From the NCBI GenBank assembly GCA_964106645.2, contig OZ067045.1: a stretch of DNA of 64,000 nt, one strand, 5' to 3'. Under the pieces are notes generated by a model, which was not told the DNA's origin, made no database searches, and saw only the letters and a program-made list of their open reading frames with translations. This DNA is from Podarcis pityusensis. Its lineage: Eukaryota. Positions 12,547-23,746 of this stretch are shown here, one piece after another. The position numbers and the translations under genes were made by a program. How positions within the stretch are numbered: position 1 is the first letter of the stretch; the number at the start of each line of letters is the position of its first letter.

Positions 12547-14136
12547 GGGGTAGGTTATGCAGAAAACAACCTTTGTATTGGGATGTTTTTCTTCCCGGTA
12601 TTTTATAGGGGTGTATTTTAACTCTTTGGGTTTCTGTTTCAAAAGACACAAGGAGCATTACCGATTATTCCCCCCTCCCGCTTCTGCTTTCCGCTCTGCT
12701 ATCATTCCTTCCAGCTGATTTCACATTTTATAATGCTAATAGTGGGTGTACGGTTTGGAGTTTCTCTACTGTCAGCTGGTCAGTAGGTCTGGAGGATATA
12801 TTTAATGGAATCTGACAGCTGATGGGATGGTTCCCATTGAAAGGGGGATTTGATATGTGGGATGAATATCTTGACCCTCAATTCGCCATATTAATGACCA
12901 TTATTATTCAAACTCGCACCGCCGATATAACTCTTTTTTTCCTGGACACACCAGTACATGTGTATAAAAGAAATGACTTATGGATGAGTTAGTTCGTATA
13001 CTTGTTGGAGTGCCTTTTTAGATAGCATGTCAAAACAGATTAGCTGTTGTGCCCTGCCATAAAATTAAAAGCCGGGCTTTTGTGCAACATACACTTGTAA
13101 ACAAAGCGATCATAAAAGTGCAGGGGCTCTCTCTGTTGTGTCAGACACCAAGCAAATGCATTCCCTTTTAATAGCAAAGACAAAAAGTGGTGAGGATAAA
13201 GGAGGAGGGGGCGAGAGAGATGCTTTTGGGCCAACGAGCAACGGGAAGTTTATATGCAAGAGTCAACCAGCTAAACTCAACTGGAGCCTAGCCAGCCCAT
13301 CTGCCTCCCTCACTTTGGTTGCTGGGAAAAGAAATTTAGTTTTCACACAACCCAGTTTCAGGAATCAGGAAACGCAACCCTTTCATCCCAATGAATTCAA
13401 ATCTAAGTAAAGACAGTGGTGCGATAGCAGAACATGCAACTTCCACCTCACGTATTGATCTCATTCGAAACCTTTTTAAAAAGCCTCCCTTTTCACTGAT
13501 TACTGATGGACAGAACCAGTCGTCCTGGGTTAAGATGGCATTTGAAACATGGGAAATTAGACTGTGTCGATGTTAAGGCTTGAACACATGTGCCTGATTT
13601 TATGAGCGGCAGCATCTTCTAGTTGCCTCTTAAGGATATGTACGGAAAACCTCAACAGCTAAACGTCAACAGCTAAGGTGTGCAAGGATTCGGCTGGTTT
13701 TTAAAATATATGGCTCCTTTAAAAATGGAGGGGGGAGGGGAGACAAAGGCATAAAAATCCCGTATTGATCCTCAGCATCATGTCCCGGTTTGAATGCCTT
13801 TTAAAACCTGAGCCACTCGAATGCCTCAATCAATAACCCTTTTTCACTCCCCCCCTCCCCGTTTCAAATATGCAATTTTGTTTTCACTCCTTAAAAGCAT
13901 GTAATATCCATTGTCTTTGATTTTCTTAACAAACGAGCAGGGAGGTAATGTTGCAAAAAAACGTTCAGTCCTTCTGACTGCTGTGTGTACAACATGCCCA
14001 TTAAACCCTTTCCGTGACAGCATTATGGACCATTCTGGTGACGTATAAATAATGCAAGCATAACAAGTTTCCTTCCTTTCCCTTTCCTTTTTTTAGTTGA
14101 AAAAATCCAAGTATTTGAAACTATCCAAGTTCAGCC

Positions 14137-14176
<40 letters not shown>

Positions 14177-15407
14177 GAACAAACCACCATCTGCCTAATG
14201 ACATGACTCCAATATGCACCCAGAAGTTTGTTGGCATACGAGGAGCATGCCAATAACTCTTAAAGTAACCGTTGGACCAAGGAGATGCAATTAGGCCCCA
14301 GTAATGGGATTCACATTTGGTTTCCATATTTTGGAGGATGAAGCTGACATGATAATATCTCAATTACTGTAAGATTGAAAAGCCTATGATGATGTGCAGC
14401 TTCACATTCTTTTAGCCAGACAGATGAAAGCTTTCCAGAAGTTTGGACGCTCAATTGGGTATGAGTCATCATTCATCTCTCTCACACACCCCAACACACA
14501 CACACACACACACACACACAGTCTTCTAAACTACAGTAAAATCCTTAATCCTATGGATTACAGCAGTGGTTTACTGAGGTGAAGCTGTTTAATCTCTCCT
14601 TCCATCATGGCCAATGAAAGCTGTTCCCACCCATGCATTAGACTTTGTAGACTATTAGCCCAGGCAGCTCATACCAACCAACCAATTAAGGCAAAAACTC
14701 CAAGCAAATAGTTTAGTGGTCTATTGGGATAGAGGGGTTCCATTTCTGCAACTTTGAGTTAGGGGGATTTTTATACCCAGACCATTGAATAACCAAGGGG
14801 AAGCTCGTCAGTCCAGTTTGATATGCCCTCTTTGTCTTTCTCCATTGGAGTGATCAAAGCAGACATCTCGCCTACTGAACCCCACCCCCACTATCACAAC
14901 TTTACTGCAGAATAGGAGAATTCTTGGAGCATTCTTCCCATTTGCTTTCCAGATTTTTGAAATTTAAATCTGTCTGGTCCTGTTTCTGAAGTGGAATGGA
15001 TGTTGTATAAATTCTCCGTTGTTCTACTCTCTGCTTTCATATAAATTTATTACCCCAAGGATAATGGGTGGTGGGTGGGCTTCTGCCTCTCCCTCCTCCC
15101 CTGGATTTTTGGAGCTGATGCCTCTTCCCCTGGGATCTCTCGCTCTCTCTTTTAACTTGCGCAGGGGAAGGAGGCATTGGAAAAATCTCAAGGAAAGACT
15201 GGTGTGGGGAAAATATCACCCTTAGCCTCAAGGGTCATTGGTGATGATTGTAGCTTTTCTTTCAAACACATATTTTTGAGGATACAGTCTCCCTCCCTGA
15301 GAGAGATATCTGTGTTGCCTTGCATACAGGAAAGGGCAGGAGACAATGAGTTGAGGAAGAAGTAGCAAGGACTCTGTTACCCACAAGTGTCACTGCTGGA
15401 GGTAGCC

Positions 15408-15752
15408 TTAATAATAATAATAATAATAAATTTTATTTATATCCCGCCCTCCCCAGCCAAAGCCAGGCTCAGGGCGGCTAACAACAAACAAATAATCAAA
15501 CAATCAAATAATCCAACATTCTAAAACATTTCATTATAAAAATTAATTCAAATCAAATTAATGGCAACCTTTAAGCAAAGTTCTATGCAGGTTGCCAGAG
15601 GAGGGAGTCAGGCTGGGCCCTGACCAAAGGCCTGGTGGAACAACTCTGTCTTGCAGGCCTTGCGGAAAGATGTCAGGTCCCGCAGGGCCCTAGTCTCTTG
15701 TGACAGAGCGTTCCACCAGATTGGAGCCGCAGCCGAGAAAGCCCTGGCTCTA
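15408..15752 (-). mobile_element. L2 LINE 3' end
   Basis: Minus-strand peptide RARAFSAAAPIWWNALSQETRALRDLTSFRKACKTELFHQAF; tail GGGCGGGATATAAAT(TAT)n. Confidence 0.88.
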
Positions 15753-16119
15753 GGGCCCTTCTGCCCCGACAAAGGTTTTTAGGGATACAATGGAGATCTG
15801 TCCATTGACTTGCATAGGGGAAGCTTTGGATCAAACAAGCCCAGTTTGTAATCCATCCCAGTGGTTACAGCACCCTGGGAAAACAAATCACTATGACTGA
15901 ATATTAAACCTGTCCATCGAAATGAAAGATCCACCCTCTACCTTTTAAGCTCTGGGCATTTGGGCTCTTGGTTTGGGAATCACTGTTGGTGCATCTTTGA
16001 TGCTATCTTACCACAACCACATTATCAATGTATACGTGGTCATTGATAAAACACTACAAAAAAGGGTATGCATATATGGTTTCTTCAGCATTCTTTTCTG
16101 CCGAATGTTTACCAATGTG

Positions 16120-16295
16120 AAGGAACATAGGATAAGCCTGCTGGATCAGGCCAGTGGCCATTCTAGTCCAGCATCCTGTTCTCAGAGTAACCAACCAGAT
16201 ACCTGTGGAAAACCTACAAGCAGGATCCGACCACAAGAACCCTCTCCCCTCCTGTGGTTTCCAGCAACTGGTATTCAGAAGCAGTGCTGCCTCCA
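16120..16295 (-). mobile_element. CR1 family B 3'UTR
   Basis: CTGCTGGATCAGGCCAGTGG..TAGTCCAGCATCCTGTTCTCA..CCAGCAACTGGTATTCAGAAGC. Confidence 0.8.
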
Positions 16296-16309
16296 ACCCA
16301 TGCGTACAT

Positions 16310-16400
16310 CACAGGATGGAAGCATCTGTCAATTTTGGTCCTCTCAGTTTCTCATTTCTCCAATCCTAAATTCAGTGTTCCACATTTTGCAGCTATTTTC

Positions 16401-16440
<40 letters not shown>

Positions 16441-16798
16441 TCCTTCCTAAATTATTATTTTCATATTATTATGAAAAGTCATCAGCATTCTAGTGCAAAT
16501 TTCTCATAATAAGCACTTTACATATATATCCAGTTTTGATGAATGTTCACAATTTTGCATGCTATTTACCCTCATATAATATATTTTTGTTGGTCATTTT
16601 CACTAATATCTTCACTTTTAAGCACAGCTTCCCCCTAGCTGATGCCTTTTTGTAAGCATGATTTGGTTGGAGAACTACATCACAAAATTTAGGGTAAGTG
16701 CAAATTTTAAAGGATAGCTGTGTTTTGGTTCACCCCTCCCCCAGTGGATATTTCAAACATTTGGCTTTGTACGGAATTGAATTTCTACTCCATCCCTA
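16310..16798 (-). mobile_element. TAGGGATG-family AT-rich repeat containing a (TAT)n tract
   Basis: Begins AGGATGG, ends CCATCCCTA; reverse-oriented homolog of 8152. Confidence 0.6.
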
Positions 16799-16830
16799 AA
16801 TGGCATGAAAAATCATCATGACACAACTGT

Positions 16831-17197
16831 TAGGTAAAGGGAAAGGACCCCTGGACGGTTAAGTCCAGTGAAAGGCGACTATGGGGTTGCTGTGCTCATC
16901 TCGCTTTCAGGCTGAGGGAGCCGGCGTTTGTCCACAGACAGCTTTCTGGGTCATGTGGCCAGCATGACTAAACTGCTTCTGGTGCAACGGAACACTGTGA
17001 CAGAAACCAGAGTGCTTCCTGCCCCAGCAGTACCTATTTATCTACTTACACTTTGACGTGCTTTTGAACTGCTAGGTTGGCAGGAGCTGGGACAGAGCAA
17101 CAGGAGCCCGACGGCGTGGGGATTTGAACCGCCAACCTTCTGATCAGCAAGCCCAAGAGGCTCAGTAGTTTAGACCACAGCGCCACCCACATCCTCT
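16831..17197 (-). mobile_element. Sauria SINE, full length
   Basis: Canonical body; perfect 13-bp TSD ATGACACAACTGT (16818-16830, 17198-17210). Confidence 0.93.
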
Positions 17198-17799
17198 ATG
17201 ACACAACTGTGCAGATTGTTGTCTCGCCTTCTCTTTTGGAAACATTGCATATGCAAGCATTGGTGACATAGAGGGAGAACGTGTGCAAGTGAGCTCCAGC
17301 CACTGGGGAAGCATCCACCAGTCACTTCAGAAGTCTTGTAAAGACATGTTTTTCCACTCAAGATTTCCCTCATCCCTGAGTATAGTCAATTTCAGCTTCT
17401 CTCCCATTCTCATTTTTCCAATATTTGTTCAGTGCTTCACATTTCCATATCAGTTTCAGCCTCCCCAATAAAATATTTGAGGGGGTTGCCCCTAAGTTGA
17501 TGGGCATTGCTATTCAAATGGTGTGTGCATGCTGCATCTTGGGCTTACCTGGGGGCCCCAAGTTGCCCCCCCCAACTGGGGTGTTTACCTGCTTTATTGC
17601 ATATGGGGTTTTTTTTAATCTGTGTTTTCATATTATGTAATTTCATAATTGTTTCTAGAAGCTTTGGGCAACTAGTGCAGAAGGCAGGCAAAAATGCAAT
17701 GACTAAAATGAAAGAAGACTAAATAAGGAAACCAACGCTCTGCTCCAGAGGACAAGCTGTTAATATTAAACCATATACACAGAGACCGGTCTGTTCTTT

Positions 17800-17985
17800 G
17801 AGGGAAAGGCCATTGCTGAGTGACAGAGCAGATGCTTTGCATGCAGAAGGTGCCATGTTCAATCCCTGGCATCTCCAGCTTGGACTTGGAAAGACTCCTG
17901 CCTGAAATCTTGAGGAACTGCTCCAGTCAGTGCTGCTGATACTGAACTATATGGACCAATGATCTGACTCAATATAAGCCAACTT
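17800..17985 (+). mobile_element. tRNA-Ala-derived SINE
   Basis: GAGCAGATGCTTTGCATGCAGAAGG..GTTCAATCCCTGGCATCTCCAG..GGACCAATGATCTGACTCA. Confidence 0.82.
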
Positions 17986-18979
17986 ACAGCCTGTTTGCAT
18001 TCTGTGGCAAGAGCACTGCTTTGTGTCTTCAGAGCAGAAATCGGGAGCTGTCCCTGCTTTGTGCCCCCACCCCATTGAAACTCTGCCATCATAACAAACT
18101 TGGGTTTTAATGGAATTGATTATTTTACTTTTAGATCTAACAGCTGGTTGGTATTTTATTTTGTGAGGGCTTTGGAGAGACGCTCATTGATTTTTGCCAG
18201 AGCTGTTTGCTGTTTTCTTCAGTCAATATTGTCACATAATGAAAAACTTGACTCAGCTGGTCAGATCTGGCAACATGCTTGATACAGAACAGAACTGTGC
18301 AGTGTTAAGCCCCTTTTAGCAAAACACACTGCTTCCTTCCTATATGTGTCAAAAAGTGCTCTGGAACAGCAGCTCGGGACATTTTTCATTTTTAACAAAT
18401 CTGTGTGCTGCTGAACAAGCAGTGACCAGCTGCCCCTTGATTTACAGAAATAGTTTTTATATCACAATACTGTGTTTGCATTTAAACCCTCTAGCCCAGT
18501 GGATTTCCAACTGCCTACATTGATCTGTTGATCTCTCTGGGAAAACTCCTGAGCATCAGGACATAGAATCATAGAATGCTACAAATAACTTTGCTAGGGC
18601 GCTCTCTCCAGTTTCTGTTGGTGCTGCCAGCTTTATTTGTATTTTATTTATTAATTTTATATGCCACCTTTTCCTCCAAAGAGCACAAGGTGGTGTACAT
18701 GGTTCAGGGCAGAAGCCTAGAGCTCCACTCAACAGAATGAGCAGGAGAAATTAGCCCTCCATCCCAATGCAACAAGACTGGCTTGCTACATTTTGAAGCA
18801 CTGGAAGAGATCTGAGGCAGTCTGTCCAATATTGATGGCAATCTTCTCTTTGATTTCCTGGTAAGCTTCCAAGAAACCTCAGGGTTTCCTATGAACACAG
18901 TTTGAAAGCTGTTGATCTGTGCAATGAATCTTCCTTGCAATCCTCTGTCCCCTCCCGCCCCGCTACTCCATCGTGAGTA

Positions 18980-19382
18980 TGGATGAAGGGGAAATTAGAT
19001 CAGTTTGCATTTAAATGTGAATACACCTCATTCCCACTTTCCAAACCAATGTGTGAACCAGGATGCAGCTCTGCTTTGAAATTTGCACTTCTCTGAATTT
19101 TGCAGTCCAGTTCTCTGGTCAAATATAGGGCATAGATTTGGAGCGGAATGCAGACAAAAATGTGTATGTTCACAAAAACAGTGCTCACACAAATGCCTCG
19201 TAATCAGAGATAGCACTTGCAAATAAATGTGTATATTTTTGTGCAGGGCTAAAAACACACAAACTTACATGGAAACGGAGTAAACGGAGAGCTGCTTTGA
19301 GACACATCATGAAAAGTGGGGTGTAAGTTTATTAAATAAAGAAGTCTGAAAAACAGAAATTTATAGATTCAGCCATCCCTAG
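18980..19382 (+). mobile_element. TAGGGATG-family AT-rich repeat
   Basis: Similar to 8152; ends CCATCCCTA. Confidence 0.55.
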
Positions 19383-19559
19383 TCATGAGCTACACAGAGA
19401 GCTTTCCTGGCACTGACATGTGTAGTCTGTAAGCTCCTTGGAGCAGGGCCCTTTCCTCTTGTACTCCATAAAGCTGCATGCACAGAGGGCTCCATATCAA
19501 TCAATCAATCAATCAGTCAGTCAGTCAGTCAGTCAGTCAATACTTGGCAGCATTTAAGG

Positions 19560-19820
19560 ATCAATGGTGGCTGGTGTCACTAGTAGGGCAGAAGACAGGG
19601 AGCCCAACAGTAGGTGGATCCAGAGCTGGTGATAGGCAGAACTAGAGCCAATGACAGGCAGAGCTGATGAATTCTACTTTCCCCACCTCTTCCTCTCTGT
19701 TGAGTTCTACAAGGACAATACTAAGGGGGATTGTTAAGTAGGATGGCAGGCGAGTGAGGGCAGACTGTGCCTGGTGGGTCAGTGCCCCATTTTCCTTAAT
19801 TGAATAGCCCATACTACTAA
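19560..19820 (+). mobile_element. Interspersed repeat (same family as 6500-6742)
   Basis: Shared motifs with 6500 and 20690. Confidence 0.55.
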
Positions 19821-20689
19821 GGACAATTTTACAAATAATGCTGCTGCTGTTTTAACCCGGTGTGCCGAGCTCTTGTGGCTTCTTCCCCAGCTATGCAAGA
19901 TAAAGCGGTTGCCAAATTAATGCTTATCAAATAATTTCACAGCACATTATCCCCAATGAAACGTAAATGAGTCGGCTTCTCCACAGTCGAGCAGCAAGAC
20001 TGAGCAAGGCACTAAAAGTGCATTTCACCCAATCAAAAATAACTGGTATTATATCATCATAACCTCTTCCTTCAAGAAATAGGCTTCTGAAAGGCCATAA
20101 AGCAGGCATAATTATAGGCTGAAGTATGCTAAAAATATATCCCAAACCACACATAACATGAAGAGTAACTGTTTGACTTCATCGTAACCCTTCCATGTAT
20201 TTCCCAGCCTGCAATCATATCTTATGCTTTGACTGCCCCCGCTTTTTTTTTCTGGGGACAGTCCCTATTTTTGGAATACTTTCCTTATTAAATCATTTCC
20301 CTTATTTTCTTCTGACATTTTGCCTCTTTAGAGACGCTGCCTTAGCATTCTGTGAGAGTGAGCACAATATGCCTTATAGAAAGAAGAGCAGCTAAGTTAC
20401 CACTATTAATTTTAGTAGGTCTACTCTGAGTAAAAGTTAATGGACTACCATGTTTTGTCTCTATTCAGTTCACAAGTGATAGCACTGAACTTTGAACAAC
20501 ATGGTAGCCAGATGGGTTGCAGACCTGGTTGGTTTTGAACAGCCCTTTCAAAGTTTGGCTTGCTCAAACATCTTTAGGATGACTATTTGCTACTTCAGTT
20601 GGGCTTGGGCTGAAGACTGAGACATCGAGCCATGGTCAGATTATTGTCCTTCTAGGTCAATCTACACCATTGGTTCGTTTAGCTTGATA

Positions 20690-20900
20690 TCATCTGCACA
20701 TAGCCAGTGATGACAGGCAGAACCAACTAATTCTGGTTTTGTCCCCATCCTCCTCCCTGCTGAGCTCTACAGGAGGAAGCTGACAGGCATCCCTGGACTG
20801 GCTATATGTAAGAAGGCAGGTGGGTGGAGATTGGTGAGGGCAGACCGAGGGTGGTGGGGCAGCGCCCCTTTCACCCCATTTAATGGACCGGCCTCCATTG
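20690..20900 (+). mobile_element. Interspersed repeat (same family as 6500-6742)
   Basis: Shared motifs; ends GGACCGGCCTCCATTG. Confidence 0.55.
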
Positions 20901-21137
20901 CACACAATGAACATAGCCAGTGGGCACAGAGATGAAAGGAAATGTCACCCAACAACCTCTGGTTGACTTGCAGAGGCTTTGAAGGGTTTCAGACAGGGCT
21001 CATTCCGAGCCCTACCTGGAGATGCTGGGAAGAGAACAGAGCAGGTCCCATCTCTCCCTTTATTAAAAATAAAATAAAAATAAAATACCTGGATCTCTTG
21101 AGTGCTTTGGAACTGGCAATGCTCATCTTTTCTGACA

Positions 21138-21290
21138 CAGGAAGCTGCCTTCTACTGAATCAGCTCATTGGTCAAACTAGTTCACCATAGGCGACACTGA
21201 CTGGCAATGGCTCTCCAACATCTCAGAGAGGGCTCCTTATCAGCCCTATCAGGAGACTCTGGGGTTTGAACCTGGAGCCTTCTGCATGTG
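21138..21290 (-). mobile_element. tRNA-Ala-derived SINE (degenerate)
   Basis: AGGAAGCTGCCTT.TACTGA tail and TGAACCTGG.GCCTTCTGCATG head in reverse orientation. Confidence 0.7.
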
Positions 21291-22449
21291 GGAAGTAGGG
21301 GGTTTCCTCTAACAACTCGCAGCATCCTTAACAAACTACAACTCCCAGAATTCTTTAGGGGAAGCCATGGCTGCTTAAAGTGGTATCATAGTGGATTAAG
21401 TATATGGTGGGAATGTGGCCTGAGGCTGCTGTTTCCATCCCGAGTTCCTCCGGCCCACAACAGGAGGCCTCGCTCTCTTGTCGGCTGCTTTGAGAAACCA
21501 GGCCTTATTTATGAAAGCTACTGAAGTTTAGCCTATCAGATAAGGCCGTGATGTGGTGGGCTGCTTGGATGCCAGAACACACTTCCAGCCTGCTTTCCCT
21601 TCCCGTGCCAATAACTCTCTAACACTTTGCTAAGAAAACATGCTCCTAACCATTCCTATCTGTTCGCGCTCTCCAGAGATCTCCAGAGCTTATGCTTTGC
21701 CGGCTGCCAGGACGCCGTCCAGCTACTTTGCCAGTGTGTGAGCCCTGTATAAACTGTCTTTGGTGCTAACATGTAATTAAACCCTCTGCAGAGCACTTCA
21801 AGACGCCCGATGACAAGGAAAGTGCTACAGAGACATGGGAGCTGCCATTGTTTGCAATTTTTTTCATGCATTGCTGCCAAGCACCTAAATAATGAACTGA
21901 TGCCTGTCCGAAAACAAAACAAAACAAAGAAACCCCCTGAGCAAATAATCCGGAAGGTTTGCTTTATTTTAAGTTAAAGGAACACCCTTGCAAATCTTTA
22001 AGCAAAAGCCTTAAGTGGAAAACCAGACGTTTCTTCTGTACCATTGCAGCAAAGATTTTACCTTCCTCTGCTGCCTGGTGCTTCCCCTTTAAAAAAACTG
22101 GCCCATTGAACTCCGAAAGCTGTTTTTTCTCCAGCTGGCTGCTTCAGCTGAGAGAGTTCAAGGAGTGATGCCAGGTTTCAGAAGGCTAGGAAGGCTCGCA
22201 GCGAAAGCTTCGCACAAAACAATGCAGGTCTGATGGGGAGAGAAAGAGAAAAGCCGAGCAAAGGCTGCTTTGTAGACAGAGCCAGTAGGGTTCTTTAAAT
22301 GCACACACCCCAATGCACCCTCACAAAGTTATGGAAGACCATTGTTGGCTGCATGAGGCTGTTCGTGCACAAAGCTCTGTGATTTAAAGCACCAGAAGGC
22401 TCCTGTTTTAAAACACTGGTGCTGTCAGCAATTTTTGTTACTCTCTGAA

Positions 22450-22630
22450 CAGAGTCACATCCGACACTTAAAGCACATCCAGTGCACATTTCAAGCACAT
22501 GACTTCCCCAAAGAACTCTGGAAACTGCAGCTTTCCCCTCACAGAGCTGCAATTCCCAACACCCTTAACAAGCTACAGTTCCCAGGATTTTTGGGGGGCA
22601 GCTATGTGCTTTAAATGGCTGTTGGCCATC
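22450..22630. mobile_element. MITE, GGCCACATTCACAC/AACTACAA family (PIF/Harbinger-like, uncertain)
   Basis: CCCCAAAGAA.TCTGGGAA.TG.AG and CTACAGTTCCCAG subrepeats; related copies at 21295-21422, 23305-23572, 38887-39042, 53765-54200, 62765-62937. Confidence 0.55.
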
Positions 22631-23304
22631 CTTAAAATGTGTGAAATGGGTTCAGCTATGGGTTGAAACTGTGATCACAGCGAAGGCTGTCCTGCCGCCA
22701 GTTTAATTCTTTGCTGCAAAGTAACACCGGGAGGAGTCATTTTGCAATGGAGAAATAATTGTGGGGAGGACATCTGACACGTCCATTCCTCCCACCTTGA
22801 AATTCCAACTGTTGTCTGACATGTTTGTGTTCCAGACCTGTATTTGCAGTGGGAATATGGATCTGAAATCTTGTGGAAGGTAGGGGAGTTTTAGCCTGGA
22901 AGCAGAAGATGGGGCATAGGTTCAGCATCCCTCCTGGCTGCTTCTGCTGTTTTGATGGTCTCCTCCTCATGCTGCTTCTTCATGGATGTGGTTCTGGCTA
23001 GTCATTGCCCAGCCAGGCTGTGACAGTGCTGCCATTATTAAGTGCCCCTTGAGAATTGCATGACAATAGATTTAAAGCAGGGGGGCCAACTATTGGGGGG
23101 CCAAGTAAGCCCCACCCTGCGTAATTGATCCCATGACATGTCACATACACACTATTTGAATGGCACTGCCCATGATCGGTTAGGGGGCAGTACCCTTAAA
23201 TATTTTATTGGGGGGACCAAAGGGATGTTGGCTCCTATGATACGAAGGGTTTAGCACCTACATAGCTGTGCTTTTAAGTCCAGGGCTTCTATTTTGTTTT
23301 TAAC

Positions 23305-23572
23305 AGAATGCTCCACACCATTCATTTAAAGTGCTCTTATAACAGCTACTGGTTATAGCTCCCCCTCAAAGAATTCTGGGAGCTGTAGATTGTGAGGAAT
23401 GCATAAATCCCTCTTCCCAGGGAACTCTGGGAATTGTAGCTCTGGGAGGAGAATCTGGGTTTCCTAACAACTAGCACCCCTAGCAAATTACAGCTCCAGT
23501 ATTATTTGGGGGAAGCCATGACTGCTTATACTAGCATGATGCTGTTTTAAAAGTATGGTGTGAATGTAGCCT
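23305..23572. mobile_element. MITE of the same family as 22450
   Basis: CCACACCAT..TTTAAA to ATGGTGTGAATGTAGCC with inverted subrepeats. Confidence 0.6.
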
Positions 23573-23746
23573 CAATATTCCAGTCTGGAACTAGTGTGAC
23601 AAAATATTCTTTATGAATTCTTATATTTGTAAATCTTGCCCACAGCCAAGTACATGATTGCCAAGTTGGTCAGTATCATAGAATCACATAATTGTAGGGT
23701 TGGAAGGGACCCTGAGGCTCAACTAATATATTCGATGATTCAAAAT

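Noticed and set aside
15973-16509. 178-aa ORF
   Set aside because: Spans a CR1 UTR, an AT-rich repeat and a (TAT)n microsatellite; chance ORF
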